DNA of 63,852 nucleotides, filler included, from Kipferlia bialata (GCA_003568945.1; 6 parts of 6 records of this genome joined end to end with filler, not necessarily neighbours in it); one strand, 5' to 3'; shown: positions 13,950-28,314, counted from the first letter of the whole stretch. Numbers and translations: made by a program. The notes: generated from the sequence alone by a model not told the origin.

Positions 13950-13961
13950 GGGGGCCCCCCC

Positions 13962-14061
13962 NNNNNNNNNNNNNNNNNNNNNNNNNNNNNNNNNNNNNNN
14001 NNNNNTTAATTAATTAANNNNNNNNNNNNNNNNNNNNNNNNNNNNNNNNNNNNNNNNNNNN
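13962..14061. other. Artificial contig linker N44-TTAATTAATTAA-N44; also at 19074-19173, 33119-33218, 47162-47261 and 61202-61301
   Basis: The same 100-bp spacer occurs five times, and its core has stops in all six frames. Confidence 0.97.
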
Positions 14062-14124
14062 GTGTCGGTGTGTCCATATTCTGATTGATACCCCCTCCCC
14101 CCCCCCCCCCCCTTACCACCCCAG

Positions 14125-15929
14125 GCCTCCGCTGACTATACCGCTGTGTCTGTCACCAACGTGCCCATGGCAGTGACCGAGGAAGGTATCTGCATCAGTA
14201 TCAGTATCAATCACACAGGAGGGAAGGGCACCCACACATACACCCACTCCTGCCTCCCCTCTCTCTCTACCCCCAGCCCTGACCTCTCTGTGTGAGGGCT
14301 ATGGGCCTGTACAGAGTGTGGCCCTCAGACCGGTCCAGGGCACTAAGCCCAGGGCTCCAAAGGTGGGAGGATGTAGATGTACAGGTGTTGAGATAGCTGG
14401 TTGTGTGATTTCAAGCATTGTAGGGTGTATGACATTGGAGCGTATGTATACTCGTCTGAGACCCCAGCCCTGGCGTCTAGGCTATCATGTATATCATGTA
14501 TATCATGTATATCATTTATATCCTGTAGTGTCTACCCATATGGTGTGTCCCTCTGGCCTTGACCCCAGGGGGCATCCCGAGGCAGGGTGGAGAGGGAGAG
14601 AGAGAGGGCACCTGTCCAGGTACAGCCATGTGTATGTGTATGCATATGTGATAGATACACACTCTCTCGTGTAGACCTTGTACCTATCAGCCCACTGATT
14701 ATATACCCCCCCCTCTCTCTCTTGTCTCATATGCAGACCAGGGTGTACAAGCCCACCTCCCAGGTGGCCGTAGTCACATTCGAGACACACAAGGTACGGG
14801 GCATCATCAGTGTGTATATTCATTGGTGTATATATATCTATATGTTTATGTGTAGTACTGATACCTGTACCTGTACCTGTGTCTGACCCCATGCCGCCCT
14901 GGCCTGTATCGAGTCCCTGCCCAGTGCCAAGACAGGCCACAAGACACCCATGAGGTAGGGGGATGCACATTCGTATGTGTACATAATCACCACCAAGACA
15001 TGGCTTGTTTGAGTGATATCTTTGGTCTCTGGATAGTGATGGACATTGGACGTGTAGTGTTAGTGCAATGCACGTATAGGTGTATCATGTCTCCCCCCCC
15101 CCCCCCCACCCCAGGTGTGCCCAGCACCTCACCCCCTACCAGCTCAACACCGCCAAGAGGGAGAGGAAGCAGAGCAAGAGCAGCACATACGTGGGTGGCA
15201 GTGTGAATATCAATATATATATACATCGCCATACCCATCCTCCCAGTATACTGCACCTGTGTGCCACAGTGTGTTCACCACTGTGTATTATTATGTAGTT
15301 TTCCCTGCAATGGGCATTGGTGCATACACACACACACACACATACATACACACCTCTGAGTCTCCCACCCCCCCTCACCCATAGGGCCGCAACGTCCGTG
15401 TCTCATACATCAAGAAGACCCCGACCCAGGCCCAGCTGAACTCTCTCTTCGGTGTCTATGGCACCCTAGAGAGTGTGAGGATCACTCCCACCGAGGGCAC
15501 ACACCCCACAGGTCGGTGGTTGTGTATATGTAACCCCCCCCCCCCTCTCTCTCTCTCTCCCCCCAGGGTCTGCGCTGCTGTGCTATGCTGACAGGGCACA
15601 GGCACAGGCAGCCATCCAGGTATCAGTATCAGTATCAGTATATATGCTAGTATGTATATATGTATATATATATGGCTGACTCCATGCACAGGCAGCCATC
15701 CAGGTATGGATTCACTACACATATGCTAGATATATGTATATGTCTATATATATATATGTATATGGCTGACCCCTGCACATCCGGGTCATACCTCCATCAG
15801 TAGCAGTATATATGTATATGGGTATATACATGGTGTCCTTGGTGTGTCTCACCCCATGCCATGCACAACCAGGTCGTGCCCTCCCTCAACCCCGCCCTCT
15901 CTCTAGTAGTAGAGCTCAACCAGTCCTAG
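14125..15929 (+). CDS. RNA-binding protein with two RRM domains; 5' partial
   Basis: First RRM: VSVTNVPMAVTEEALTSLCEGYGPVQSV...VAVVTFETHKAALACIESL. Second RRM: RNVRVSYIKKTPTQAQLNSLFGVYGTLESVRI...SALLCYADRAQAQAAI. Stop TAG at 15927-15929. Confidence 0.8.
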
Positions 15930-16533
15930 ACCCTTAGCCACACAGCCACACAGCCATAGATGCCATCCCACGTGACACCCAGTGGTGTGTGGGTGTGTAT
16001 GAGAGTGTCTCCCCTCGGGTACCCATATTCCCCCCTTGGGTCTAAGTTCCGCGCCCCATGTCTATCCGCTCAATGCATATGCATGCATCACCCAAGTGCA
16101 ACATCAATCCATCGGTGTCCGATCCATTCTCAGTCCATGACATGTTCTATACCCTGTTGTGTTCTCTTCTTTTCTATCGATATATTTGTTTCCTTTGGAA
16201 GTCATGGAACGGAGTAAATGGCGTTTGCTTGGAGTTACTGTGGAAGATTGCGTTAAGTGACTAATCGTATGCCAGTATTTCCTGCAATTGATGATGGTGG
16301 TATCATGACATTATACAGACCACACACATACCTCGTGCATGGGTAGGATAACGGGCTGCTCTGCGGAATTCATTCATACGGCTGACTTACGGCTATTATT
16401 TCACCATTATAACACCCCTATGTCACATAGGCTGCGTGGCATACTCAGTGAGCATGAATCATGTGGCTCGAATGATATGATACGAGATGATATGAAGGTT
16501 ACATACCGACATTGGTCGTAGAACATCTCAGTT

Positions 16534-18309
16534 TTACTTCTTCTTCTTCTTCCCTTTCTTCCCCTTTTTGCCCTTTTTGCCCTTCTTTCCCTTTTTCTTC
16601 GTGGTTGCCTAGCGATTAGGTGTATCAACCCCATGTGTATGTATATCCACCAGGATGTGTGAACATGTGCATATAGACATAGACACACTGTGTGACCCCC
16701 CACCTTCTTCGCCTTGGGCACCCTCAGCCTGATTGCCCCTAGCGCAGACAGCAGCTGGGGGTCACACACTCCCCCGGGGTCTGGGGTAGGAGGAAAGGGG
16801 AGGGGAGGGGAGGGGAGGGGTCAGCAGAATAGGGGCATCACATCAGAGTGACATGGACATGGTATCTAGATATATGACACTCCAGACCCAACCCACCGAC
16901 CCATACCCCACCAAGTGTACATCTACCTATATATCTCTCGATCTATATATATATACATACATCCATATATATCTATGCATACATATCACACCTAGCACCC
17001 CCATCAGCGTGTGCTCACAGATGTCAAGGGTCCGCTGACAGTTGAGGGTGCAGCTGTGTCTGGGGCCCAGATTAGTAGAGAGCACAGACAGCACCCTGGG
17101 GGTGGGGAGGGGGTGTTATAGATGTGGGAACATAGGGATCGACACAATTGATGCATATATATATATACCACCCATTCAGATATACAGATATAGAAAGAGA
17201 ACGAGAGAGAGAGATATGCATCTCCACCTCTCGATATCAACCAAGCATGCATGGAAGCACGCACACCCTGTACCCCCATATCACACATCAGGTAACACGT
17301 ACACATACTTATCCATATACCCGACCCCACCTCTTGATGGCGACCAGTATCAGTACCATACATACACATACACATATACCTCTTGATGTCTACCAGTAGG
17401 CCATCTAGGTCATCCAGCTGGAACCCGTTGTAGGCATCGGTGTCTGGGATGACGTCCCTGGGGTGGGCACCACACACATGCATGGGCAATGCTCTATATT
17501 CATATATGTATATATATATGTACTGGGTATGCATCATCCAACAGTATTATACAAAATATATACTATATACTGATGATGATACCTGATTGCCTGGTCGACA
17601 TGCATCAGTATCAGTATCATTCATATATATACTACTATAAATATACATATTCCTTTGTTCTATACACTATATGCCACACCTGAACGCCTGGTCGACATGC
17701 ATGTCGTCCAAGGGGTTGGCCTAGGATGAGGGGGGGACATCATAGAATCTGTGACATACATACAGAGACTGACACCGACACATAGAGGTGAGACTCACTC
17801 ACTGCAGTCACACCCATGTTGCACATGATATCCCTCCCCATATATATACATATACACCTGTTACATATATATATATATATATACATGCATAGACATACCT
17901 CGTCGTATGGGTTGCTGGTCTTGGCCATCCTCTCGAGGACACCCCCGGCAGCACTGGACTCTAGACCCCCTGCGGCCAGGCGTTGCTGTTCCCGCATGAG
18001 CCTAGGTTGAGAGATAAGAGGTATCATATATATCAGAAAACACAATACATACAGGACACTTATGGGTACATACATACACCTCGAACCACATGGTATATAC
18101 ACACACACACATATATATATACATGTATACACATATATCCACACCTCGAGTCCACCCGGTGCATGGCGTGTGGGGTGTGTGTAGACCCCTTCCCCTGGGT
18201 GTCTCTGGCCGGGAAGGGATGGGGGGCCGTGACCGCAGTGAAGGCGCCATACAACTGCTGGTGCTGCAGCTGGCCCTGGGGGGTTAGGGAGGTGGAGTAT
18301 ATACACACA

Positions 18310-18350
<41 letters not shown>

Positions 18351-18700
18351 GGCATTACACCCGAGGCACAGTGCAGTATCAGTATCAGTGCAGTGGTGCA
18401 CATGCATATCACATCACCCCTTGCCCCAACCATCGATACATGCATGACCCATGCCTCGAGTATCTGCATGCATATATATACATATATTATTATATATCTA
18501 TATCTATATGCATGACCCCTGCCTCGAGTATCCCACATGCACACAGGTTGTGTGTGGCTATGACACTGAGGGTGGAGTCAGGGCCCTCGGCAGCTAGGGC
18601 ACGCTCCTCGGCCCTAGTATCAGTATCAGTAGGGGTATCAGTAGGGGTATCAGCAGGGGTGTCAGCAGGGGTGATGGGGAAGGGCCCATCCCATATCCCA
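16534..18700 (-). CDS. Hypothetical protein, C-terminal part, ending in a lysine-rich tail
   Basis: Chain of spliceable exons (...LMREQQRLAAGG...YNGFQLDDLDGLLVDIKR...LLSALGAIRLRVPKAKK|ATTKKKGKKGKKGKKGKGKKKKK*). 5' boundary is approximate. Confidence 0.6.
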
Positions 18701-18807
18701 TCCACCGATGCATATAGTATACATATAGGCCATGGGCCACAGAGACATCTACCAATACCACTACCACGTAGCACACTACGTACAGTCCGTCTCATATACA
18801 CACATAT

Positions 18808-18885
18808 ACACTGATATACACTCATATATACACTGATATACACTCATATATACACTCATATACACTCATATACACTGATATATAC
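18808..18885. repeat. 12-bp minisatellite (cactgatataca / cactcatatata)
   Basis: About six direct copies, visible in the sequence. Confidence 0.8.
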
Positions 18886-19179
18886 TATACCAAACACAGT
18901 GTAACTCGCCCTGGCATGCCTGTGATACGTATACATAAATATTATCTATACATGACCTCTGAAAGTGGTAAGCAGCCTCCGACAGCCTGTTCCGATAGTA
19001 CAGAAGGACACCTGGGGCATAAGGGGCCCTTATTAAGGGGGGGGGGGGGGGGGGGCCGCCACGAAATCAACCANNNNNNNNNNNNNNNNNNNNNNNNNNN
19101 NNNNNNNNNNNNNNNNNTTAATTAATTAANNNNNNNNNNNNNNNNNNNNNNNNNNNNNNNNNNNNNNNNNNNNTATAGT

Positions 19180-19215
<36 letters not shown>

Positions 19216-19243
19216 ATCTTAGTATACAATGATTCCACCAGAC

Positions 19244-19278
<35 letters not shown>

Positions 19279-19299
19279 TACAGGTATAGTAGTACACTA

Positions 19300-19728
19300 A
19301 GCCCAAGAAGAGAGATTTCTGATTCTGAGAGATACACTCTAGGGAGAATGGATTTGACGCATGGAGACTAAGCCTAAGAACAGAGAGGCAAAGAATAGAA
19401 CCCATACATACACTCCTTCAGTATGTTACAGTATATATAGTAGTAGAGGGATACATAGTCAGAACTCTGGGCCGCAAAGTAGCACATCCAATTGTCACAC
19501 AATACACACTTATATATATATGTGAACGACAGTAGACACCATACTTACTCAATATGTAGTATATAACCTACCGGGGAAATCCTCCTGAGAGGCAGAGCCC
19601 CTCAGGCACTCCAGAACAGTCAAATCAGCCGGGTAGAGCGTGTTGGCGGCAAAAGAGCACGCATCCCCGGCTAAAACAGCCGGAATCAAAACACACGCCA
19701 CTATAAGCGCTAGTATGGGCCGAAGCAT
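19300..19728 (-). CDS. Secreted or membrane hypothetical protein, N-terminal part, cut by a contig end
   Basis: ATG at 19728 starts MLRPILALIVACVLIPAVLAG (signal peptide), then a Cys-containing segment and a GT donor. Downstream exons are uncertain. Confidence 0.55.
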
Positions 19729-20221
19729 AGTATGTTGCGTATCGGGCGGCATGTTAGCGGCCTCGATACAGTGAAGCAAGCCTACTTTACCGTTTTGAGT
19801 TCAGCACCGATATTTTTTGAAAGGGGTGTAGAGTTGAACCGTCCCGGTCGAGAATCCATACAGTACACCTGTTTCTACACTGACAGAGACAGTCTACTGC
19901 TATGAACAAACTAACTGGTTCAACCAGGCTGGTTGGAGTGTAAGTATCATCTGTACCATAAATGTTCCAGGTTTGAATTCATGTTGTGGCACTGCCTTCT
20001 GTCGCGTTACTGAGTATTTTACTCACTCTCAAGTTGAGAGCCTCAACTCGTGAGTGACTCACGAGTCTTGCTGATAGTTCAAGTGATACACGATTCAGTG
20101 AATCCTTCACCCTTAACGGACAGCCTGAGTCAGTCACAAGGGAAAGCTACATTCTAGCCTAGAATCTAGTAGTTGTATGTAATTCTTCACCTCCAGAGAT
20201 ACATATGACAACTTCCGATGA

Positions 20222-21031
20222 TCAGTGTTCATTGAATTTCAGGGCTTCTTTCATAGCTCTGAGAGCTAAGGTTTCATACTTCATACCTAGAGTGTAGGTC
20301 CTACACCATGGAATCTATTTACTATCGTACATATCTCAACAAACAACTAATCCGAAATACACTACATCTCTCCCGCTCTCTCGTTCTGGTTCTCATTCTC
20401 CCTCTTTCCCAGAAAGCATATCTCTACCTCTCTTTCAAACCTCTCCCCGTGGGGCGTTTGAACCGGTATTGTCCCTTCTACCAGGGTAGAATACAGTACA
20501 CACACAGACACTCTCCATGACCACGGCACAGGATGAAACGATCCTAAAGTAATTACATATACTAAATATATATACTAACTATATACACTGAATAGATAGA
20601 GATATATATACAGGTATACATATACCCAAACCTGTAAAAATCCCAGTCCCACTCTGTCTCAAATACTGTAAACTAATGAAATCCTGCTAAATTGAATTTA
20701 ACATGTCCCAAACCTGTAAAAATCCCAGTCCCACTCTGTCTCGAATGCCCCGTACTCTTCGACATAGAGCATCCAGAGCATACTAAAGAGTTAGATAATT
20801 GATTGATTGATTGATTGATTGATTCACAAACTATCCAATTGATTCTACAGATATACTATATATGCCCCGTACTCTTCGACATCGAGCATAGAGAGCATAC
20901 TAAGGAGTTAGAGAATCAATTGATTGATTGATTGAATGATGCCTATAAGTATAATGTATACATTACTTATACGTTGTTACCTCAGTGCATACAGTGTGTA
21001 CACGACGGGCAGGACATCAATCTAGACACAA

Positions 21032-21071
<40 letters not shown>

Positions 21072-21437
21072 CCCTTGCGCATACAGAGTACATATAGTAG
21101 AATATTATATATATATATGCAAGTGTATATATACATATATACCTCAGTGCATAGAGGATGTACACCACGGGCAAGACGTCAATCTAGACACATATATGTA
21201 TATATACACTAGTCTGAATTAACATAAATGTATATAATACAATACTATATACTATATATATATACCTTAGTGCATACAGTGTGTACACGACGGGCAGGAC
21301 ATCAATCTTCTTGATGTGGCTGGGTGTGAGACATATACATATATATCTATGCTATATATGTATATGCATATACATAGAGAGAGAGAGAGAGAGGGACATC
21401 AATCTTCTTCATGTGGCTGGGTGTGAGACAGACGGTA

Positions 21438-21471
<34 letters not shown>

Positions 21472-23799
21472 GAATAGAGAGAGAAAGAGAATGAATATTA
21501 TAACGTGACACCTCTTCTTTTGCTGTCTAGGCCCCTGGTTGGCTGTCAGCTTTGCCATGCCACGCATGACCTGAAATAAGGGTGTAGAGGGAGAGAGTGT
21601 GAGAGAGAGATTGGCCTATGAACGAGTGGAGAGGGGGAGAGATTAGAATGCAGGCGGAAACACTGAGGGTGAGAGGGAGAACAGAGGACCTCGACAACAA
21701 CCCAACTGTTAAGCAAGTAATAGAAAGACAATACAAAATATTGGACTATTAAATGAAGATACACTAATGAACTGAATGAACTGGCAGACAACAGACTAGA
21801 GGCTATTGAACACATATTATAGTTAGTATATATACAACTATATATATATAAGAAGAGAGAGAGAAAGAGATAGAGAGAAAGAGTACCCTGTGACGTATCA
21901 TTGCTAATCCAATGACGATCACTATCATCTGGCATATGGCTAGGAGGATAATGAGTCCATAGCGCACGTTAATGACATCCATATGGTCCTCCCACAGGTA
22001 CACGTATCTGGCAATAAGGGACTAGCGAGAGAGAGTGTGTGAGATACAGAGAGACAATGGTGACGTCCATATTATCCTCCCATAGGTACACATAGCTGAT
22101 ATAAGGGTCTAGCCAGAGAGAGAGAGAGAGACATTGATGACATCCATATGGTCCTCCCATAGGTACTATCTGATATAAGGGTCTGAAGAGAGAGAGGGAG
22201 ACTATCCTTATTCTAACAAATTTGTACTCACCCGTCATAGTAGAAGGTCTCCCTCCCCAGCGCATACATCTCCATGTTGTACTTGTACTCATTGCCATAG
22301 TTCAACAGACCCAGTATTACTGGAGTGTTAAAGTAACGTTTATACAATAGATAAGGCAGATACACAAGATATTGACTATGATATCCTCAAGTTGCACTGA
22401 ACAATAATGTAAGTAAATCAATACCAATTAGAGAGGGGGAGAGAATAAAACACACCTATGACAATGCTGCACACAACGCCGACTGAAAACACGGCGGAAT
22501 AGGTGCGTGGCTTTATCACACCCCTAAAGACCTGGGAATCAAACAGGTGATGAGGGAGAGAATACTGAGAGGGAAATATCCTCGGCACCCCAAAAGACCC
22601 TAGATTAGAGTAAAGAAAGCATATGTATGATATACAATGTACACTATACTATTTACATACCTGCCCAGACACCAATGGACATGAAGATAGATCCATGATG
22701 ATGATGAATTATCCAAATATGAATATACATATATACATCCATATATAGAAAACGATATATATGTAGGGAGAAGAATAGGTTCGGGGCTTAATCACACCCC
22801 TAAAGACCTGATGTTACAGAGTATCCGGACTAGAAATAGTATTCCACACACAATCTCCTACGACCTGCGCTTATAAGGGATATAGGAAGAGATTGGTTGG
22901 TACATACCTGCATATACACCATGGACATGATGACGATAGATCCATATATATAATATATCCAAATATATATATACACATATATGGAGAGAGAGAGAGAGAG
23001 ATACCTGTGAAGTAAGTGAAGTATATATACTATGTATATATATAGTGTGAATACCTGTACATACACCATGGACATGATGACGGGGACATAGGCAGTGAAA
23101 CCACCTGGTAATTAGGGTGTAGAGCAGTAGAGAGAGACAGGGATATATATATATATATATGGGCAGTGAAACTACCTGGGAGTATGGGTGTAGGGAGTGG
23201 AGAGAGAGACAGGGAGATAGAGAGAGAGAGAAAGTGGGATATAGTGGTGACAGGGACATAGGCAGTGAAGCCACCTGGGGATTAGGGTGTAGAGAGGGGG
23301 AGAGAGAGATATGGGCAGTGAAACCACCTGGGAGTAAGGGTAGATCAGTAGAGAGAGAGAGAGAGAGAGAGATGCACTGGGACATAGGCGAAACCACCTA
23401 GTAATAAGGGTGTAGAGGGAAGAGAGAGAGAGAGAGACAGGGAGAGAGAGAGAGAAAGTGGGATAAGAATAGCTGGGAACCTGGGAATAGGGTTTTGAAA
23501 ACCATACTTAGGACATCCTATATATACACTATTTATACTATATATATACACATATACATGTACCTGTGGGCCAGGCCAGTGTGGCATTGGTTTCTCTCAC
23601 ACAGTGTAGTATATATAGTATATAGAATATATATTATCCACATGTAATATGGGTTATGTATATACACTTCATACTGTATAATATGTATATATACCTGTGA
23701 GCCAGGCCAGTGTGGCATTGGTTTCCAGCACAGTGTAGGGGTCACTCCAGTCATAGCTGGAAATAAGAGTCTAGAGGGAGAGAGTAAGAGAGAGAGAGA

Positions 23800-23836
<37 letters not shown>

Positions 23837-24403
23837 GTACATGTAAAGTAGAGAGTACTTTACCTATCCGTCATGTATGTATACACCAGTGTAACAGCCT
23901 CTCTCTCCCTCTCTCTCTCTCTATGTATACTCATATATACATATATGCATAATACATATACAATTATATAACTTACACACCTATCTGTCATGTAGTCATA
24001 CACTAGGGTCACAGCCATCACAATATGCGGCAATTGTATCTATTATCTATTTATACTATATACCTTATACTATATACACACATCTATCTATATATATATA
24101 TATATATATAACTTACACACCTATCTGTCATGTAGTCATACACCAGAGTCACAGCCATCGTGATGCACATGGCTGGGAATGAGGGTGTAGAGGGGGAGAG
24201 AGAGAGAGAGAGAGAGAGAGTGATGCACATGACTGGGGGTATGTATATATATACTATACTCATGACTGAGAATAAGGGTGTGGCATTAGAGAGATAGAAG
24301 AGAACGGAAAGGTCGTGATGTACATGGATGGGAATCAGGGGGTAGAGAGAGAGAGAGGTATTCATGGGACATCGTGATGCACATGGCTGGAAATAAGGGT
24401 GTA

Positions 24404-24439
<36 letters not shown>

Positions 24440-26141
24440 CAGCCATCGTGATGCACAAGGCTGGGGGTATATATATACATACTCATGACTGGGAATAAGT
24501 GTGTGGGATAAGAGAGATAGGAGAGAGAGGAAAGGTCGTGATGCACATGGCTGGGAAATAAGGGGGTAGAGGGGGAGAGATAGATGAATATACTTACGGC
24601 TAGGGATAAGTCTGTGGATTGGGAGAGTGGATAAATTGTAAATGTATGAATTAATGTAAACTACTAGACTAAAACATGTAATAATTAAAGTAGTATAATA
24701 TATATATACATATACACATATATATATACATACCCATCACACAAGTCATTGCTGCTATTGAGAACTTGGACCAGTGTGTGTGTCTGATCCTCTTCATCAT
24801 GGTGAGGTACAGAATCTAGCAAGTTAGACAAGGTGTATAGGGCGAAATAGACTGAAAGCCTCTTCATCATAGTAAGGTACAGAATCTAGCGAGTTAGACA
24901 GGGAGTATAACGCGAAATAGGATTATAGACTTCAACATTACTAATGGTGAGGGGTATATTACTGGGTGTGTCTGATCCTCTTCATCATAGTAAGGTACAG
25001 GATCTAGCGAGTTAGGCAAGGGGTATATCGCGAAATACAATGGTGGTTCTACTAAGAGTAGAAATTGAAGAAAGATGAGACATAGATACACATACTTAGT
25101 GCTCATTAGTTCAATGGGATGATAAATGTATATATAGTATAGTAAGGTGTAGTATAGTAGAGTATAGTACATCGTATACCACACGTGTCAGGTACAGAAC
25201 CTAGCGAGTTAGATGGGGTGTGTAACGCGAGATAGGACAGTAGCCTCTTCTTCAGCATGGTGGGTAGAGGATCGATATATAAATAATTATTAGAAATGTG
25301 ATAAGCTTATTATTAAATTACCACCAGTTTACCACCAGTGCGTTACGCTACTTAGAGTACTAGAGCATTGCGCGACATAGAGTAACCACAAGTGCTACTA
25401 CACGAAAGAGAGTTTTAGAGTCTAATGACTTACCAGTTCAATGGCAGGCCCTGTCATGATTGTGACAACGTGTGTTACGCGAAATAGAGTAAAGACAAGC
25501 GTGTTACGCGAATTAGAACAGTTACTTACCAGTTCAATAGCGGGTCCTGTCATGATGGTGACCAGATATATCTGAAGGTTAGATAGACGTGTACTGTGTG
25601 TGTGTGTGAGAGAGAGAGACAGAGAGAGAGAGAGATGGTGACACGGAATATCTGATGGTTAGATATATGTGTGAAGGAGAGAGGTTCTTATATGCTGCTA
25701 GTATTTGTTATCTTTAGCTACGGGAAGGGCGGGTGCAGGGGGGGGGGAGAGTGTTTGAGTGAGAATAGAAAGGAGATAACAGACTTGATGTTACCATATG
25801 AGTAAAGAGGATAAACTATATATCATTTTAAACACGAAAGAAGTAGAAAGAAAAGTAGTGACTGGGAGAGAAACAAAGGAGAAGAGAATGGCAGTTGTCA
25901 TATATGATAGAGAGAGAGGGGAAAATCGCTGTTCATACAGACAAGAGGAGGGGGGAGAGAGAATGACATTACAAGTACATGTGTTAGATAGGAAGGGGGG
26001 GGGGGGAGAGATAATTACTGTTCATATGTGTAAGACACAGGGAGAGAGAAATAACCAGGTCAAATACATAAGTTAGATAGAGAGAGAGATAGAGAGAGAG
26101 AGTACCTGGTCATATATCCCAAAGTCACTGAAGCTCGGCAT
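20222..26141 (-). CDS. Seven-transmembrane GPCR-like protein, about 305 aa, about 14 exons
   Basis: Phase-consistent splicing gives MPSFSDFGIYDQIYLVTIMTGPAIELILYLTMMKRIRHTHWSKFSIAAMTCVMAMCITMAVTLVYDY...NATLAWLTGGFTAYVPVIMSMVYVQVFRGVIKPRTYSAVFSVGVVCSIVIVILGLLNY...RYGLIILLAICQMIVIVIGLAMIRHRVMRGMAKL...KKSHIKKIDVLPVVYTLYALSMLWMLYV...YRIVSSCAVVMESVCVCTVFYPGMKYETLALRAMKEALKFNEH*. It has seven hydrophobic segments, with basic loops after TM1, TM3 and TM5. Confidence 0.72.
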
Positions 26142-27160
26142 CTCTCTCTTCCTCTCAGAGAGTGTTCCTCTAAAGTAGCTCCCTCTCTCTCTCTTCCTAA
26201 TGTATCTCTCTCTCTCTCCCTCTCTCTCTGGTTACGTCTCCCTACCCGAGTATCTATCTGATGATACAAGTGGTAGAGACGAGTCGTGTGGTAGTATATT
26301 GTCTTGAGAGAGAGTGGGTAGAGAGACTGTATGTGACTGGGAATATATATATTTGACACCGATATGGTTGTGACTGTCAAAAACACAAAAGGGTGTAGAA
26401 TATTCTAATAATAGGCCTAGTTCCTTGAATAGTATTCAATTATATATATATTCATGTCTATTCCGGTACATATCCAGGTCGTACAACGCTACGTGACACC
26501 TTCAGTGATTCTATCTATTGAGTTTATCTAATTATCTAATAATTTGGGGTCCAATGCCTGAATGCCAGCTGTTCATCCACACATATACTCTCTAATCTCT
26601 TTCGCTCTCTCTCTCTCTCCCCCCTCTCTCGCTACCAAGTGAATGAGAGTAGAATTGCGGCACCCCCGACTCATAGTAGTAGTAGTAGTCGTTAGGTCTT
26701 CAAAAACAATGTTTATGGCAAACCAAAAATATCCGAATTCTCCGACTACAGGATGTCCGGACATTCTCTCTCTTTCAGTCATCATATCGTGCGGGAACAA
26801 GATACCATGATGAATGATACAGAGGTGGGTGTAGCTTACACTGATAGATCCACTGTAAGGGGTGGTGGGGCTGCGACTCCTAGTCTCTATCTCTCTCTCT
26901 CTCTCTCTCCCTGTAGGTCTCTCTCTCTCTCTATCACTCCCGTCCAATACACTCACAATTATATGAACCGAGCAGGCTGGTGAGGGTGCGACTCAATGAG
27001 CCACTCATACTCTCTTTCTCTCTCTGTCTCACCCCCCCCCCCTCTGCCCCACTCACTCTATCTCTCTATCTCTCTCTCTCTCTCTGTCTCTTGCTCTCTG
27101 TGTCAGCCCCCCCCCCCCCTCCCCTCCCCCTAACGCCAAATCTGAGATCAGGTTCAAGTA

Positions 27161-28314
27161 ATGAATAACCCTTACACATCAGCTCATTGTAATATACCTC
27201 AACCTCTCACGAGTATGGAACTAGTTGTTCTAAAGACTCATATCACCCCCCCCCCTCCCTCCGCTCTTACCCCTAGACTGGTAACCACTATACACAGTGG
27301 CAGCATGGTCAATGGGCGGTGGGAGCAGCAGGAGGTGACCATGCCCTCCAGGCACTGGGCATTTATGGCAACTATCACCCAGGTGCATAGTGTATAGACC
27401 GTATGCTGCATACCATACAATACGGGTGCTGTGTGAATGACTATATACTAAAACTATATAGTGAGTATATACTACTAGTTTAATACTGTATATTTATGTA
27501 TATATGGAGGCAGGCTATTTTGTCTCCTTTCTCCTCACACCAGGTCAACAAGAAGCCTCAACCCTCGGTACATGTCACAACACGGTTTGGTGAGCAGACC
27601 AAGATCACATTCCACCCTGCCACCACTGAGGATCGGGAGTACGTTCAACAGTCCTCTCTTCCACACAATTTACGGTGACAATTCACAGCGGTTATTAACA
27701 GAGACCTGTCAATCTATTGTATTGTGGGATTTGTATAATGCTGTGATGTAGAATGCAGTGTTAGGTCTTGGCTTGGTCTTACAGTACAGGGACATGCAGA
27801 AGCTACAGAAGGCCATTCGCAACGCAATTGGGCACACAATCCTGGTCTTCTATGCAGAGAAGATAACATTCCCTCGTGGCCTTGAGGTGAGCTACATATG
27901 GCTATTAACTATGTTCCTTCTTGGATACGCATAAGGCTAGCATCCTAGTAATGGTTGTTGTCTGGATATACATACTCTACGAATCACTCGCCGTTGTCTC
28001 GTCTTCCCCTCTAGTACTGTGTCAATATGCAAGCTCAATACTCCTACATGGGATGAGACCCATTCGATCTCTATGTTATGATGTGTCATGTTAACCACCA
28101 GGTCGTTCGTGTCGAGCACCCCTGCGACTGCCAGGTCTTCCCCCAGCCCCTCAACCACCTGATAGAGGGCGCAGAGCACTACATGACCATGCCTGGGGAG
28201 CCCCTCGACGAGGGTGCCGACCAGCTCATGAGGGTGGCTGGGCTCAGCAGGTTGGGGCCTCCCAGGGTCACTGGGAGGATGTACCCAGGGGGGCTGCCCC
28301 CGTTTAAGTGGTAG
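27161..28314 (+). CDS. Hypothetical protein, multi-exon
   Basis: ATG at 27161, then exons RLVTTIHSGSMVNGRWEQQ..., VNKKPQPSVHVTTRFG..., DMQKLQKAIRNAIGHTILVFY... and VVRVEHPCDC...PPFKW*, with typical splice signals. No family recognised. Confidence 0.55.

Noticed and set aside
14006..14017. TTAATTAATTAA palindrome, five copies
   Set aside because: Always centred in 44+44 Ns, so it is a synthetic six-frame-stop spacer. Adjacency across it is not reliable, although the one at 61202-61301 seems to fall inside the TauE gene.
16289..16385. Possible C/D box snoRNA (TGATGA...CTGA) between convergent genes
   Set aside because: No convincing terminal stem or recognisable rRNA guide; these short motifs arise by chance.
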